The notes under the pieces: model-generated
The model's input: the letters and a program-made list of their open reading frames with translations, nothing else
What the model was told of the DNA's origin: nothing
Databases searched by the model: none
Program-made: the position numbers and the translations under genes
Virus record (IMG/VR): IMGVR_UViG_2917403263_000001
DNA length: 50,015 bases
Strand: one strand, 5' to 3'
From: a virus
Lineage: Duplodnaviria > Heunggongvirae > Uroviricota > Caudoviricetes
In this document: piece after piece, positions 1-12,483 of the stretch
How the letters are laid out: each line of letters opens with the position of its first letter
Position numbering within the stretch: the stretch's first letter is position 1

Positions 1-585
1 CTATTTTTCTTGCCCTAACTGATTGCTAATCGTCATTCCTCTGATTGAACATAAATCCTTCAGATTATTCAGTTCTTCCTTCATCTCCCGCTGGCGCTGA
101 TAAATCTCGTCATTGCGCTCAATCTGCGCCTGAGCCATTGCTGCTGCCAGTTCTTCCAGTTCCGGCATCGACAGTCTCACCTGTTGATTATCAGCATCAC
201 CCCACGCCATAACGCCCCGTGCTGTGTTGGATTTCGATGCCATCACCACCGGAGACAGGCGGGCTATTGAGTCAGGACCAGCGTTCCAGGTGCGGCCGTT
301 CCATTCAAATGTGAACGGCTTCGCCTCCTGTTCTGCACGCCATGCTTCGATTTCCTTTTTTTTGGCATCCTTTGCCGCTGCGATAAATTCTGACGTGACT
401 GTAAACGAGGCTATTGCACCCCATTTGCCGCTTTGCAGCTCATGCCAGACGCACTTGCCCGTCGTCGCTGTATCTTCTGCCGTGGCTGTGTAGGGGATGG
501 GGGCATCCATCCCTTCAAATAAAACCTCGCAGTCAATAGCACCAGATTCGGTATAGCAGGGATTGATGATTTCTTTGATTTCCAT
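1..585 (-). CDS. tfa: Tail fiber assembly protein (Tfa)
   Basis: 194-aa ORF directly downstream of the side tail fiber gene with 1-nt stop/start overlap; sequence resembles lambdoid Tfa proteins (recalled). Confidence 0.75.
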   Translation of the reverse strand: MEIKEIINPCYTESGAIDCEVLFEGMDAPIPYTATAEDTATTGKCVWHELQSGKWGAIASFTVTSEFIAAAKDAKKKEIEAWRAEQEAKPFTFEWNGRTWNAGPDSIARLSPVVMASKSNTARGVMAWGDADNQQVRLSMPELEELAAAMAQAQIERNDEIYQRQREMKEELNNLKDLCSIRGMTISNQLGQEK

Positions 586-2656
586 TATGCAATCCTCATG
601 AATAGCGCCACAAACGCCTGATCGCTGTATGTCAGCATGGTGCCTGACATTGCAATGTACGAGCCAGGAAGCGAATGTGAGTTGCAGCCGACAACGTAGA
701 ATCTGGGGGTTGATGCATAAGTGCCTGAAGGATTAAATGGACACTCAATTCCAACTGGCCCCAGACGCGAACCCGGATAAGACTGTCTTCTGACAACCTT
801 TATATTTTTATCACCGTCAGCAGTTCCCTGATATGCAGCTAATATCAGGCCTCCAATATCGGGGTCACCCCAGTCGTAATTGACGTATGAAAATAGCATG
901 TTACGAACTTTGTTTTTTGTCATGCTAATCTCTTCCCATCCACCTAACGAGCCACCGAAAGTGGAACCGATGAGAACATCCCTATTTATCCCGTAAAAAA
1001 TCAGCAACTTCTTTACTCTGCGAGCATTGCTATAACCATCCCGATTTGTGTTAATCCACAAAACATCGATGATCCCCTCAAAATTCACACTGGATATCGG
1101 CGTGTATCCATTGAATTTATGGTAGTACCTGCCAGGAAGAGCATAATTAGCCCAATTTTCCAGTGCAGAGGCACTATTAAAACTTACACGCCCGTAATAT
1201 TCGTCTTCATACGTGTACCCAAACCCATAAGCGCCAGCCAACGCCAAGACCGAATTCATCATCGCCTTATCGGGCCATGTAAAGGGATTACTGATGACTG
1301 TTTTATTAGCAACCCCCCTGATTTGCAGATTCTCCTGTGCTTTAGCCAGTGCTGACGAGCCAGCATCAACGATTTCCTGAAGGTTGTTTTTTATCTTGAG
1401 ATACCCGCCATCGAGGATATCGTCAATTTCGCCTTTGGCATTCTCTGCTGATTCTGCAGCTGTCGCTGCATCCTGCGCATACTTTTGAGACTGCTGCTCA
1501 TGCAGCTCTGCTTTCTGTGCGTGTTTTTGGGCGTTCTGTTCGCTCAGTGCCGCATTGTCAGAACTTGTTTTTTGAATCTGTGGCACTGAATTCAGAATCC
1601 TTCGCTGCCTGCCGTGCTTGCTTTACCGCGTCCGCGACATCCTGCACACCCTGCTGCACCTGCCCGGCGTTCTGCTCAACTTCTGAAGCCAGTTGTTCAA
1701 CATATTGCTTATCTTTGGCAGCCGCGTCAGCGTTCTGTTGCACGTTATTCGCCAGCGTCTGGCAGTCTTCCTTTATCTTCTGTGCATCGGCTGCGTGTTG
1801 CCCTGCCAGTCGCTCGCTTTCCGCTGCTGCATCCTGACTATTTTTCGCCGCCGTTTCGCTGGTTTTGGCATTCGTTTCACTGGTTTTTGCTGCCGTCTGG
1901 CTGGACTTTGCGTTGGTTTTCGCTCGTCTTTGCTGCTTTCTGGCTGTTAGCCGCAGCAGTTTCTGATCCAGCTGCCGATGTCGCAGAACCGGCTGCCGCG
2001 CTCTCGCTTGCTTCCGCTGCATCCTGGCTGTTTTTCGCCGCAGTTTCACTGGCTTTGGCATTCGTTTCGCTGTCTTTTGCTGCCGTCTGGCTCGACTTTG
2101 CTGCTGTCTCGCTATTTTTTGCGTTGGTTTCCGATTTTTTGGCTGCTGTCGCGAAGTTTTCCGATGCAGTCTGTGAGGCCGCTGCTGCCTGTGCGCTGTT
2201 AGCTGCATCCGTTTCTGAGCTTTTCGCCGCGTCCTTCGATGATGCCGCTGCAGTTTCGGATTTCTTTGCCTCTGCTGCGCTCTGAGAGGCGGCTTCAGCG
2301 TTACGCGCAGCTTCGTCCACCATTGCCTCAAAACGGCGCAATGCCTCCGGCATAACATCATCTTCCGTCATGGCACCGAGAAAATCGTTCAGTGTTCCCG
2401 GCCTGGAACCGTCATAGACGGTAATGGTTCCGGCATGTGAAGGCGGAAAACCTTCAACCAGCAGGATAACGCTGTACTGACCATACTCAACATCCATGCT
2501 ATAACGCCCGGCTTCATCCGGATTTTCTGAGGCCACCGTATTCACCACGACTGTGGTGCTGTTACGCTTTGCCTTCAGTTGAATAGTGCAGTTCTGTATT
2601 GGTTTTCCCGCACCATCTTTCAGTACACCTGAGATTTTTACTGCTGCCATATCCAC
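585..2656 (-). CDS. stf: Side tail fiber protein (Stf-like), reading frame broken twice as assembled
   Basis: N-terminus MDMAAVKISGVLKDGAGKPIQNCTIQLKA matches lambda Stf; coding continues in three successive frames (ORFs 1877-2656, 1558-2361, 585-1586) with SETAAK-type repeats; breaks at T4 run ~1912 and T6 run 1568-1573. Confidence 0.75.
1825..2115. repeat. Tandem ~190-bp direct repeat inside stf (2 diverged copies)
   Basis: 1825-1925 and 2018-2115 are near-identical (gctgcatcctg..ttttcgccgc..gtttc..ctgg.tttggcattcgtttc); encodes repeated SETNAK/SETAAK blocks. Confidence 0.8.
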
Positions 2657-2660
2657 TCCA

Positions 2661-2688
2661 CAAAAAAGCCCGCCTGAACCGGCGGGCT
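2661..2688 (-). terminator. Rho-independent terminator downstream of lom
   Basis: agcccgcc-tgaacc-ggcgggct hairpin followed by U-run on the minus strand. Confidence 0.6.
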
Positions 2689-2714
2689 GTCATAACACTG
2701 TGTTACCCGGCTAA

Positions 2715-3314
2715 TCAGAATTTATAACCGACACCAACGATGAAACCGTCAGTGCGCCAGTCGCCACTGCCGGAACCTTCATAAGCAAGGTCAATGGCCA
2801 CGGATTCGGTCGGGTTAAACTGCACGCCAGCCCCCCACGCCAGAGACGTGTTGCTGTGGCGACCGCCATCACTTCCGGTCAGCACATCGTGCGTTTTCCC
2901 CTTGTTGTCAGCTACGCGGAGATAATCCCCGGAAAACGTCGAAACACGGCTGTAAGCCACACCCGCCATCGCATAAGCACTGAACCATTCATTCACGCGC
3001 ACAGATGGTCCCGCCATCATGCTGAACCAGCGGTTATGCGCTGAATCTTCATGCCAGCGGGTATCGCTGTAACGGGTAATCTGGCGATTCTTGTCTCCTG
3101 CATAGCTGAATGACGTCACCAACCCCAGCGTGTCCGTAAATTCATAACGGTATTTCACGTTAATGCCCTTCAGGTCATCGTTGCCGGGCATATCAGTATG
3201 GGACTGAAGATACCCGCCGCTTAGTGTGGACTGATGCTCTACTGCACTCGCTGGCGTACCAGCGGCGACCAGCCAGACTACTGCAGACAGAATAACAGCA
3301 CATAATTTACGCAT
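2715..3314 (-). CDS. lom: Lom outer membrane protein (Ail/Lom family)
   Basis: 199 aa with signal peptide and C-terminal GVGYKF beta-barrel terminus; sits between J and stf as in lambda. Confidence 0.85.
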   Translation of the reverse strand: MRKLCAVILSAVVWLVAAGTPASAVEHQSTLSGGYLQSHTDMPGNDDLKGINVKYRYEFTDTLGLVTSFSYAGDKNRQITRYSDTRWHEDSAHNRWFSMMAGPSVRVNEWFSAYAMAGVAYSRVSTFSGDYLRVADNKGKTHDVLTGSDGGRHSNTSLAWGAGVQFNPTESVAIDLAYEGSGSGDWRTDGFIVGVGYKF

Positions 3315-3338
3315 AATTACCTCTCGCTTTTCTGCAAT

Positions 3339-3362
3339 AAAAAAGGCGCCATTTCTGGCGCC
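3339..3362 (-). terminator. Putative terminator downstream of J
   Basis: Self-complementary ggcgcc-atttct-ggcgcc hairpin followed by U6 on the minus strand. Confidence 0.45.
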
Positions 3363-3383
3363 CGTATTGGGGTTATAAATATT

Positions 3384-6300
3384 TCAACGAATACTGATAC
3401 CGGAAGCAGCTTTTTTGGTCACAATCACCGTACAGTCTGTGATGTTACCTGCGCCCCGATTGCCTTTCTGGAAAATCTTAAACTCCAGAGTGACGCTACC
3501 ACCACCACTCGGCATATCAATAACCGCGCTGTAACTACCGGGAATGGCTCCTTTAGTTTCTCTGGATGCGATTAATACGCCGTTTTTACGAACTTCAAAA
3601 CCATAACCCGTGTATCGCGTACCTCCCGGTTTATTACCGCTCCCCGGATCGTCATACGCCACACCGTTAAAAATAATGGGCGGAATAATGATTTGGCGGT
3701 CAAAGTTATGATCATCGTAAATGGTGACTGTAACCGTCCCGCCTGGTGTTTCCGTGTTACCCCACGTACCAGCCTGTTTCGGGAATGATTTGGATACAGT
3801 TTTAACGAAGTCACCTCTGACCTGGTTCGCCTCCAGCATGCCCTTAATCGTACAGTTTTCATTTACCGTGACGTTGTTGAGCGTCCCGGAGTTCGCATTC
3901 ACGTTACCGCTGATATCAGCATTTCTCGCCGTCAGCCGCCCGTCCGGTGTCAGGGAAAATGCCGGAGGATTACCACCGCTGGTAATGGTGGGAGCCGTCA
4001 GATATTTCAGAAACACTTCGTTCATGAATATCTGGTTGCCCTGCGCCACAAACATCGGCGTTTCATTCCCGTTTGCCGGGTCAATAAACGCGATACGGTT
4101 AGCGGCAACCAGGAACTGGCTCAGTTTGCCTTCCTCCGTATCCTCCATGCTGAGGCCAAGCCCCGCGACATAATGCCTGCCGTCTTCGGTCTGCTCAATT
4201 TTGACGCCCCACATGGCATTCCATTTATCGTTGGCGTCTTTCCACTCTTTCGAAAACTCCTCCAGTTTGCTGGCGTTATCCTCCGTCAGCTCGACTTTTT
4301 CCAGCAGCTCTTTACCGAGATGGGATTCGGTTATCTGGCCTTTGAAAAAATCCAGGTAACCTTCGGCATCATCGCTCGCCCGACCGACAGCCTCCACGAA
4401 TGCCGATTTGCCAACGGTGTTCACACTGCGGATATAAAAATAATAATCATGGCCCGGTTTGATATTGATACTGGCAGCTATCCAGTACAGCGCCGTGCCA
4501 AGATAGCGGGCTGCGGTTTCAACCTGCCTGATATCCGCAATCCGCTTTTCCGAGAACCAGAACTCAAACTGTACCGTCGGGTCATAAACGGCAAGATGCG
4601 GCGTTGCGGTTATCTGAAAATAGCCCGGCGTCAGCTCAATCCGCGACGGTGCTGCCGGTGCGGCAATCCGGAACGATACCGACGCCGGATCGCCCTGCTG
4701 CCCCCACGCATTTACTGCCCGGACTGTCAGCGTGTAACGCCCCAGCGCCAGTTGCCTGAAGCGGTATGTGGTTTCCGTCGTCCGGGCTGTGCTGACAAGC
4801 CGCTCACTGCCGTCATCCGCTGCCACGGTCAAGCGAAGCGTAAAGCTCACCCCCTTCACCACCTTCGGCGTGTCCCATCGCGCCAGTACCTGATATTCCC
4901 CGCTGTCTGCGGTGACTTCGGCAGTCAGGTGCTGCACCGCTGGCGGCGTGACACCATTCACCGTGCCACTCTGGTCGCCGTCAAAGTGCGCCCCGTTATC
5001 CACGATGGCCTCTTTTTCCGGCACATGCTGCACGGCGGTGATGGCATACGTGCCGTCGTCGTTCTCACGGATACTCACACAGCGGAACAGGCGCTGACGC
5101 AGCGTCGGCAGCTTCAGCCCCCACACGCTGTATTCGGCAACGCCGTCAGGAACACGGCTCACTTTTACCTTCACGCCGTCGGTGACGGACTGGACCTCCA
5201 CGCTGACCGGATTCCCCTGCCCGTCAACCAGGCTTATCAGCGTGGTGCCGGAGGATGGCAGCGTGATTTCACGGTCGAGCGTCAGCGTCCGGGTCTGGCT
5301 GTTCACCGCCAGCACACGCCCACCGATGCTGATCCCCGCATAGTCATCATCACAGATTTCAATGACATCGCCCGGTACATGGCGAAGCCCTTCTGCGCCC
5401 ACGCTGAAGTCCACGGTCTGCGTTTCCAGCAGCTCCGTTTTAATCAGCCACAGCCCGGCGCGGTGTGCCTGCCCCCGGCTGGTACAGCCAAAGGCATCCA
5501 TCTTCGTGACGTTACGACCGTAACGGAGAATGGCCTGCGTGTCCTCCACAAGCTCTGTCGCCGTCTCCCAGCCGTTATCCGGGTCAATCCAGTTCACCTC
5601 AACGGCATTATGGCGGTCCTTCAGGGCGCTGAAGCTGTAGCGGAACGGCGCGCCATCATCCGGCATCACCACATTACTGTGGTTATAGGTCCACACCTTA
5701 TCCGACGGTCGGTCCTGCACGAACGTCAGCGTCTGCCCGTTCCATACCGGCATACAGCGCATCGCCGAGCAGAAATCACTGAGAACATCCCACGCCTTAC
5801 GCTGTGTGGTCAGGTAAGCGTTACAGGTGATGCGCGGCTCCGTGCCACCAAAGCCGTCCGACACTGACTGGTCGCAATACTGGCCGATGACATACAACGC
5901 CCATTTATCCACATCCGCCGCACCAAGACGTTTCCCCATGCCGTAGCGCGGGTGGGTCAGCATATCCCACAGACACCAGGCCATATTGTCGCTGTATGCT
6001 GGCTTAAACGTTCCGTCCCAGATACCGCTGTATTGCCGCGTCTGCGGGTTATAGTTCGACGGCACCTGCAGAATGCGCCCGCGAAGATGATAATTACGGC
6101 TCACCTGCTGGCTGCCGAACTGCTCCGAATCCACCTGCACGCCGACCAGTGCCGTGTTCGGGTAGCACTGTTTCACATCGATGATTTCGGTGTATGACGA
6201 CCAGAGCGTTTTGTTCTGCAGCTGGTCTGTGGTGCTGTCCGGCGTCATCCTGCGCATCCGGATATTGAACGGGCGCGGCGGCAGGTTATCCACCACCACC

Positions 6301-6797
6301 GAGGCCAGATACTGCGAGGTGGTTTTGCCCTTAATGGTGATGTCTTTTTCCGTCACCCAGCCACCGTTACGCTGTATCTGAACCAGCAGGCGGACTTCCG
6401 ACGGATTCCGGTCCCCCTTTGAAGTGGTTTCCACCAGTGCCTGCACACCGAAGGTAAAGCGCAGACGGTCGATATTTGCAGACGTGATAGTCCGGGTGAT
6501 CGGCGTGTCGTATTTCACTTCCGTACCCAGTACCGTCTCGGAACCTGATGATTCAAATCCCTCCGGCGGTGACTGCTCCTGCTCACCTGCCCGGAACACC
6601 ACCGTGACACCGGAGATGTTGGTATTTCCCTCACTGTCCAGCACTGGCGTACTGTTCAGTAGCACGCTTTTTAATCCATCCACCGGACCTTCAATCGGCC
6701 CTTCGCTGATGGCATCGATCACACTCAGCAACTGCGTTGATTTGAGATTATCCTTCGCTTCGCGCGGGGTATGCCCCTTACTGCTGCCTTTACCCAT
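3384..6797 (-). CDS. J: Host specificity / tail tip protein J
   Basis: 1137 aa; N-terminus [24 protein letters not shown] as in lambda J; follows I. Confidence 0.9.
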   Translation of the reverse strand: MGKGSSKGHTPREAKDNLKSTQLLSVIDAISEGPIEGPVDGLKSVLLNSTPVLDSEGNTNISGVTVVFRAGEQEQSPPEGFESSGSETVLGTEVKYDTPITRTITSANIDRLRFTFGVQALVETTSKGDRNPSEVRLLVQIQRNGGWVTEKDITIKGKTTSQYLASVVVDNLPPRPFNIRMRRMTPDSTTDQLQNKTLWSSYTEIIDVKQCYPNTALVGVQVDSEQFGSQQVSRNYHLRGRILQVPSNYNPQTRQYSGIWDGTFKPAYSDNMAWCLWDMLTHPRYGMGKRLGAADVDKWALYVIGQYCDQSVSDGFGGTEPRITCNAYLTTQRKAWDVLSDFCSAMRCMPVWNGQTLTFVQDRPSDKVWTYNHSNVVMPDDGAPFRYSFSALKDRHNAVEVNWIDPDNGWETATELVEDTQAILRYGRNVTKMDAFGCTSRGQAHRAGLWLIKTELLETQTVDFSVGAEGLRHVPGDVIEICDDDYAGISIGGRVLAVNSQTRTLTLDREITLPSSGTTLISLVDGQGNPVSVEVQSVTDGVKVKVSRVPDGVAEYSVWGLKLPTLRQRLFRCVSIRENDDGTYAITAVQHVPEKEAIVDNGAHFDGDQSGTVNGVTPPAVQHLTAEVTADSGEYQVLARWDTPKVVKGVSFTLRLTVAADDGSERLVSTARTTETTYRFRQLALGRYTLTVRAVNAWGQQGDPASVSFRIAAPAAPSRIELTPGYFQITATPHLAVYDPTVQFEFWFSEKRIADIRQVETAARYLGTALYWIAASINIKPGHDYYFYIRSVNTVGKSAFVEAVGRASDDAEGYLDFFKGQITESHLGKELLEKVELTEDNASKLEEFSKEWKDANDKWNAMWGVKIEQTEDGRHYVAGLGLSMEDTEEGKLSQFLVAANRIAFIDPANGNETPMFVAQGNQIFMNEVFLKYLTAPTITSGGNPPAFSLTPDGRLTARNADISGNVNANSGTLNNVTVNENCTIKGMLEANQVRGDFVKTVSKSFPKQAGTWGNTETPGGTVTVTIYDDHNFDRQIIIPPIIFNGVAYDDPGSGNKPGGTRYTGYGFEVRKNGVLIASRETKGAIPGSYSAVIDMPSGGGSVTLEFKIFQKGNRGAGNITDCTVIVTKKAASGISIR

Positions 6798-6857
6798 TTC
6801 TCAGACCCCATAAACGACAAAACCGCCCGGAGGCGGTTTCACATAAAACATTTTGCA

Positions 6858-7505
6858 TCAGCGACCAATCACCACAACCTGACCACCATCCCCTTCATCT
6901 GCTGTGCTGATCTCCTGAGATACCACACGTGACCCCACGCGCATTTCACCGTACAGAACAGGCAGAACATTACCCTGGGCAACCATGTTATCCAGAGAGG
7001 AGAAATAGGTGTTCTGCTTACCGTTATCCGTTGTCTGTGTGCGGGGAGTTCTGGGTTTAGGAGCCAGCATCTGGGCCACACCGCCAAGGATCATACTGGC
7101 CCCCGCACTATACATTCCTGTAATTGCTGTCGCTCCCAGCCAACCTGCGGGGTTCCACCACGCCACCGCAATCAGCGCCGCCCCCAGCACCGCCTGAAAC
7201 ACGCCGCCACTTTTGGCACCGGTCAGACGCGGTACGATGTGGATGACGGCACCATTCGCCAGCGGCTCATTAAGACGGGCTGATAATTCCGTTTCACCTG
7301 CATCGCGCCCGGCAATGCGTACCTGATACCAGCCGTCGCTCAGTTTCTGACGAAACGCAGGGAGCTGCGTGGCCAGCGCCCGGATGGCTTCGGCTCCCGT
7401 TTTCACACGAAGGTCGATGCGGCGGCCAAATCGTTGCAAATCCCCGTAAAGGCAGATGCGTGCCATGCCCGGTGACGCCAGAGGGAGTGTGTGCGTCGCT
7501 GCCAT
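6858..7505 (-). CDS. I: Tail assembly protein I
   Basis: 215 aa starting MAATHTLPLASPGMARICLYGDL, ending GDGGQVVVIGR; lambda I-like; start may be an internal ATG because the ORF overlaps K. Confidence 0.8.
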   Translation of the reverse strand: MAATHTLPLASPGMARICLYGDLQRFGRRIDLRVKTGAEAIRALATQLPAFRQKLSDGWYQVRIAGRDAGETELSARLNEPLANGAVIHIVPRLTGAKSGGVFQAVLGAALIAVAWWNPAGWLGATAITGMYSAGASMILGGVAQMLAPKPRTPRTQTTDNGKQNTYFSSLDNMVAQGNVLPVLYGEMRVGSRVVSQEISTADEGDGGQVVVIGR

Positions 7506-8146
7506 TTGTCGGTATACCTCTCTCGTTTGCTCAGTTGTTCAGGAATATGGTGCAACAGCTCGCCGTCGCCGCAGTAAATGGCGGCATGATTCGGCACCGA
7601 TGAACCAAAACAGCACAGCAGCACATCGCCCGGCTGCGCCGATGACAACGGCACCTGATACAGCCCTGTGGCCTCCAGATTATCCAGATAGAGATTCTGA
7701 CCGTGACGCCACCAGTCATCCCCGCGATGAAAATCCGGCATCTCAATCCCCGCCAGATGATAAGCATCCCGGAACAGTGTGTAACAGTCCGTCACCCCGT
7801 GCTCAAAGCGCCGCCCGGTGAGATGCGGCACACAGCGGAACTTATGAATCGCCCCCCGGCAGACCAGCCACCACGGCAAATCACTCTGCACCTGCAGCCG
7901 CCGGTCGGCCTCACTCAGCCAGGGCAGACCACCGGGATGACTGTGGACCAGCGCCACAATCTCACCCTGCATCTCTGCCTGCAGCCAGTCCTCCGGAGCC
8001 ATCCGGAAATAATCCTCCGGCTCACCGGAAATATTCACGCAGGGAAAATATCTTTCCCCTTCCGGCGTTCTCACCACGAAGCCGCACGACTCCGCTGGCG
8101 CACATCGCCGGGCGTGCGCCAGAATCGCTGATTCTGTCTCTGTCAT
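7403..8146 (-). CDS. K: Tail assembly protein K (MPN/JAB plus NlpC/P60-like)
   Basis: Start set at MTETESAILAHARRC (ATG 8144-8146); HSHPGG JAB-type motif; lambda K-like. Confidence 0.85.
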   Translation of the reverse strand: MTETESAILAHARRCAPAESCGFVVRTPEGERYFPCVNISGEPEDYFRMAPEDWLQAEMQGEIVALVHSHPGGLPWLSEADRRLQVQSDLPWWLVCRGAIHKFRCVPHLTGRRFEHGVTDCYTLFRDAYHLAGIEMPDFHRGDDWWRHGQNLYLDNLEATGLYQVPLSSAQPGDVLLCCFGSSVPNHAAIYCGDGELLHHIPEQLSKRERYTDKWQRRTHSLWRHRAWHASAFTGICNDLAAASTFV

Positions 8147-8150
8147 GGGA

Positions 8151-8849
8151 TTACTGCGAAAGTTTGTTAATGGAAAGGAAGCCGCCAAAGTTGCCGACGT
8201 TATTGCGAAACTTACAGCCGCTCAGGCATTTGCTGCATTTATCCTTCGTGATATCGGACGTCGGCTGGTCATATTCATCCGCGACAGCCGGACCGTTATA
8301 ACCGCACTCATCACCGCGATAGCTCCAGGTGCAGGTGTTGGCCAGCATGATACGCCCCGGAAAAACAGCACCATCCGTTTCCGTCGGTGTGGACAACACA
8401 AAGGAGGCACTGACCGCACTCAGTTCGCTGCACTGCTCGATGCGCCAGCGGCTGATCACCTCCTGCTCCGGATCGGCGTCGCTGTTTCCGTTGACGAAGT
8501 TCACCGCATCCAGAAAACGGGCGTAAACCTTACGCCTGACCACCGTTCCGCCGACCAGACTCTGTAAATCCTCCACCATCCCGGTGACCATGCCGTGCAG
8601 GTTAGATACTTTCAGTGTTGGCCTTGCACTGGCACCTTTGCCGTTCATCTCAAATCCACCCCCCTGAATGGGATAGGCCTGATACTGCCGACTCTGCCAG
8701 GTGACAGACTCACCTTTTTCATTCTGCTCATTGCAGAAAAAGTAGCGATCCCCGCCTACCTCTGTCAGGTCGATTTCCCAGAGCACCACGCTGGCCGACT
8801 GCTCCGCCCGAATGCATTCATTCAGTGTTTCCTGTTGTATGTCCTGCAT
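8151..8849 (-). CDS. L: Minor tail protein L
   Basis: 232 aa; lambda L-like with C-terminal Cys cluster; start ATG overlaps the M stop (ATGA). Confidence 0.9.
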   Translation of the reverse strand: MQDIQQETLNECIRAEQSASVVLWEIDLTEVGGDRYFFCNEQNEKGESVTWQSRQYQAYPIQGGGFEMNGKGASARPTLKVSNLHGMVTGMVEDLQSLVGGTVVRRKVYARFLDAVNFVNGNSDADPEQEVISRWRIEQCSELSAVSASFVLSTPTETDGAVFPGRIMLANTCTWSYRGDECGYNGPAVADEYDQPTSDITKDKCSKCLSGCKFRNNVGNFGGFLSINKLSQ

Positions 8850-9188
8850 CAGATCACCACTTCGTCAAACTGACACGAAAAATCGGTATAGGTGATATGT
8901 TCTGTCGCTGACCACGTTCGACACACCACTCTGATTTTTCTGTTAATACCCGGCGGGCGCCAAAAAAAAAGATTTATAGCCTTCATGCCGGGCTAAAAAT
9001 TTTTCAAATGAATCACGTTCATTCGCCTCAACTTTGAAATCACAGGTGAAAACGCGCAGAGAATGATTAAGTCCATTTGGACTTCGTTGCTCATAACCAT
9101 CGCCAAATCTTACAGTTTTTATCGATGGTTTATTTTCTGTTTTCATTCCATCCTCTGGTAACCAGTGAAATTCTTCCGTATTAGCCAC
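8849..9188 (-). CDS. M: Minor tail protein M, frame broken at an A9/T9 homopolymer
   Basis: 81-aa ORF (8943-9188) matches the N-terminal two-thirds of lambda M (VRFGDGY..); the C-terminal ~30 codons ([24 protein letters not shown]) continue in another frame after the homopolymer at 8962-8970; one base fewer restores a single ~111-aa ORF. Confidence 0.75.
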
Positions 9189-12100
9189 TTAACATTCCCC
9201 CATCACGTCGCATATTTAACAGAGTGCCCTGTACCCGCTGATCAACCATCCCCATAAGTGCTTTTATTGCCTGAGGGCCAATCTCTCCATTCTGGCCGTC
9301 ATTTTGAATAGTGATTTGGTATACAGGGGCATAGGTAATATCTCCGCCTCCATTACCACTTTTACTATTAATAGCTCTGACACCAAGAGAACCATCGGAA
9401 GTTCGTGTTAATGGCATAATGGCTTCCGGTCCAGCCTCACCAAAAACACCCGCCCCTTTTGCAAAAGCAAAAAATTGCGGGGAATCATAAATACCGTTCG
9501 AATACGTGCTCAATGATGGAGACTCATAAACACCGCCCTTTGCATTCGGAATAAATTTACTAATAGCACTCCCGATAGTTCCTAAAATCCCCCCAGAAGA
9601 ACTGTTACTAATGCTGTCGAAAATCCCAGTAATTGAAGCCTTTAATGCTATTCGACTAAGATCCGAAATCACGGAAGTAGCGAAAGAACGAAAATTTGCC
9701 TTGCCTGTCGTGACAAAATCACCCAGCGCATCGGTCATCCCATCAAACATCAGAGTCGTGGTTGATTTTATCTGCTCACTGATATACTTAGTGTCATCCA
9801 GCCAGTTATTAAATCCCTGGGAGGCACCACTAACCCAGTCTCCTGCCTGAATATCGAGCTGCTCGTTTTTCTGTCTGACAATTTCTTTTTCTCGTTCCAG
9901 AGAGTCATTCAGAGCCTGCATTTTCTCCTGAAAAACATGATCTGACATTCCACGGGATTTATCTGCATAGTCACGTTCAAGTTGCAGACGCTGGTTGTTA
10001 TATTCACGTTCAATCCGCAGTAATTCCTGCTGGCGTTGCTGATTTTTATCGCCAAGCCCATAACCAGCAATCTGAATATCATACCCCTGCTGACGATTAT
10101 CAATCGAAGCCTGCAATGAATCACGCCATGCGGCTATTTCGGCGGATTCCTTGATTAGCCTGTTATTTTTTTCAATCGCAACATTTTTCTCCATCAACGC
10201 GCTTATTTCTTCCCGGTGTAAGAGAAGCGATTTCTGATCCTGGGTTAATTTCGATAACGGTCGTGACTCCAGGTCGGCAATCTGCTGACGCCACTTAACC
10301 AGTTCCTGTTCAGAGGAACTTAATTTAACGGTCAATTCAGCTTGTGAACTTAGTAACGCATTCTGTTGATTCAGATGATCAATCATTCGTTGAGCAGCAT
10401 CATCCGAATAACCTTTCGCCTTTGGTTGCTTTGGATCTTTATAACGCTCATTTATTTGAGCGACAAGCTTATTATATTCTTCCTTTGAATACTGATTCTT
10501 TAGCTTTTCCAGTTTTGCAAGTTCACTGGCTCTCTGCTGCTCCCGAGTCTGATATTGTTTTGAAAAGGCATCTGCTTTCTGTCTGAGTTCAATTCCTTCC
10601 TGTTGTCGCTTGTTGTAATTGTTTATTGATGAATTTAGTACGTTCTGAGCAATTTTTTCTGATTGAAGTGCGCCTAATTGCTGTTTTAATTGAGCCAGCC
10701 TTTTATTTTGAGCACCACCATCTCCAATACCACCTACCCCGAAAACGCCTGGCCTGGTATTTTTTTCTATTTCATCAATTTGACGGAGAACATCTGAGAT
10801 TTTTTGATCAAGAGATACCTCACGCCCAACAGCCAACATGGAATCCCATGCCCATTTTGCGGAGTCAGCGACGGCTTTCCATGCAGTCTCAAGATAACCA
10901 AGATTTTCTTTAATCTGGTTGGTGCGCTGGATCATTGAGGATGAGTATGCTTCCGTCGCAATGCGAGCAGCCTCCTGCTGGTTCCCTTCATCCTGCAGCG
11001 CCTTAATCTGGTTATAAGTCGCCAGTGTCAGAAAATGGTACTGATCATTAAGTTTTGATATGGAACTGACAGGATCCTTTGCAATTTCATTGAAGTCATT
11101 AACAAGTTGATCGGTTGCTATTCCAGTTAATTCACTCGTTTTTACTATCGCAGCCGTCACTTGCTCCAGCGAATTGCTCGCTACCTTTCCCGAACGCACA
11201 AGCTGGTTTAATACTGCCGCCGCAGCGCCAGTTGTCGAATCAGCTGCATCCCCGGCACGTTGAGCTATATCGGCCAATTGCCCGCTGGTTGTCCCCAACT
11301 GATTTCCGGTAAGAATAAGAGATTTATTAAATTCTTCCTGCTCCTGAGAGCCTTTATAGTAAGCTAGCCCCAGGACACCAACGGCTGCTGCGGCCAGGGT
11401 AAAAGGATTAATTAATCCCAGCACATAAGAACCAACACCTTTGATCGCCGGGCCAATACCACCGAACATATCTTTTAGCTGACCGCCCTGCTGCATTAAC
11501 ACCATAAACGGTGACTGGCCTGTGGACAATCCAACCACAATATCAGTCATTTGTGCAGGCAACATGCGCATAGCAAAAGCCGTTTGTTTTGCCGACATTC
11601 CGGTTTTGCTTAGCTGCGATTGAGTAGCCTCAAGCTCACTCCGCATAGCACGGAGTTTTCCTGAAAGCTCCTCATACATTTCAGGAGAAAGCATCCCCTT
11701 GGCTTTTGCTTCGCTGAGTTGCTTTTGCTGCTCTGTCAGGCGGTTAAAAGCTGTTCCGACAGGATCGAGTTGAGCAATCAGACGTTGCAAAGCAGTAACT
11801 TGTTCATCATGCGCTTTTGCTGCTTCTCGTTCTGCCTGAGCCTCTCCTGTTAGCTCTCGCCGCGTTTCCTGTATTTTTCGGCTGTAATTATCAAACTGAG
11901 AGCCATTTATTTGCCCGGATGAAAGTGCAGCATTAAGTTCATCCTGCTGTTGTTCAAGATTTCTTAGCGCCGCTGCCAGAGGGTCGATCTTGTCCAGCAT
12001 TCTTTGAAAGGCCTGAACCTGCGCTTCCTGCTGGGCGGCAGCAAGTTTTCCGGCCTTCTCGGCTTCTCTCTGCGCTTGCGCAACCCCACTCAATTCCTCT

Positions 12101-12414
12101 GTGGTTTCATTAAGTTTACGGGCAAGAAATTCATATTCTTCTTTATCAATAAGCCCTTTATCGAAATATTTCTTTAATTCAGAATAGCGTCGACCGACAG
12201 TATCAATTGCGGCACCGACAGGATCAATAGCTGCTTTTAATTTTGCGAGCGCGTTCTTCTCATCTTCTGTTGCCTTAGTCACTTTCCCTGCACTGGTGGC
12301 AGCGTGTTCTCCAGCCTGCGTCATCTTTACTAACGCAGAAGACAGATTACCCACATTTTTCTCTGCTCCAGTGCTATCAATAATTATTGCGAGACGTGAA
12401 GTTTGCTCAGTCAT
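9181..12414 (-). CDS. Tail tape measure protein
   Basis: 1077 aa, coiled-coil rich, Gly-rich hydrophobic central segment; located between the chaperone genes and M. Confidence 0.85.
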   Translation of the reverse strand: MTEQTSRLAIIIDSTGAEKNVGNLSSALVKMTQAGEHAATSAGKVTKATEDEKNALAKLKAAIDPVGAAIDTVGRRYSELKKYFDKGLIDKEEYEFLARKLNETTEELSGVAQAQREAEKAGKLAAAQQEAQVQAFQRMLDKIDPLAAALRNLEQQQDELNAALSSGQINGSQFDNYSRKIQETRRELTGEAQAEREAAKAHDEQVTALQRLIAQLDPVGTAFNRLTEQQKQLSEAKAKGMLSPEMYEELSGKLRAMRSELEATQSQLSKTGMSAKQTAFAMRMLPAQMTDIVVGLSTGQSPFMVLMQQGGQLKDMFGGIGPAIKGVGSYVLGLINPFTLAAAAVGVLGLAYYKGSQEQEEFNKSLILTGNQLGTTSGQLADIAQRAGDAADSTTGAAAAVLNQLVRSGKVASNSLEQVTAAIVKTSELTGIATDQLVNDFNEIAKDPVSSISKLNDQYHFLTLATYNQIKALQDEGNQQEAARIATEAYSSSMIQRTNQIKENLGYLETAWKAVADSAKWAWDSMLAVGREVSLDQKISDVLRQIDEIEKNTRPGVFGVGGIGDGGAQNKRLAQLKQQLGALQSEKIAQNVLNSSINNYNKRQQEGIELRQKADAFSKQYQTREQQRASELAKLEKLKNQYSKEEYNKLVAQINERYKDPKQPKAKGYSDDAAQRMIDHLNQQNALLSSQAELTVKLSSSEQELVKWRQQIADLESRPLSKLTQDQKSLLLHREEISALMEKNVAIEKNNRLIKESAEIAAWRDSLQASIDNRQQGYDIQIAGYGLGDKNQQRQQELLRIEREYNNQRLQLERDYADKSRGMSDHVFQEKMQALNDSLEREKEIVRQKNEQLDIQAGDWVSGASQGFNNWLDDTKYISEQIKSTTTLMFDGMTDALGDFVTTGKANFRSFATSVISDLSRIALKASITGIFDSISNSSSGGILGTIGSAISKFIPNAKGGVYESPSLSTYSNGIYDSPQFFAFAKGAGVFGEAGPEAIMPLTRTSDGSLGVRAINSKSGNGGGDITYAPVYQITIQNDGQNGEIGPQAIKALMGMVDQRVQGTLLNMRRDGGMLSG

Positions 12415-12430
12415 TTAGTTATTCCGGACA

Positions 12431-12460
12431 AATAAAAAGCCCCGCTTGGGAAGCGGGGCC
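12431..12460 (-). terminator. Rho-independent terminator after the Ail/Lom-like moron
   Basis: gccccgc-ttgggaa-gcggggc hairpin followed by U-run on the minus strand. Confidence 0.65.
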
Positions 12461-12483
12461 AGACAACAGAGGGGCGTGACTTA

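Noticed and set aside
1517-2285. Plus-strand ORFs 1517-1837, 1614-2285, 1693-1950
   Set aside because: Antisense to the repeat-rich stf gene; Cys/Ala/Phe-rich junk translations.
4173-5867. 564-aa plus-strand ORF
   Set aside because: Lies entirely antisense within the J gene; Arg/Pro/His-rich low-complexity translation typical of a spurious antisense frame in GC-rich coding DNA.
7456-8567. Plus-strand ORFs antisense to K and L (7456-7821, 7703-8131, 8145-8567)
   Set aside because: Overlap well-supported minus-strand tail genes; Pro/Arg-rich translations; no SD.
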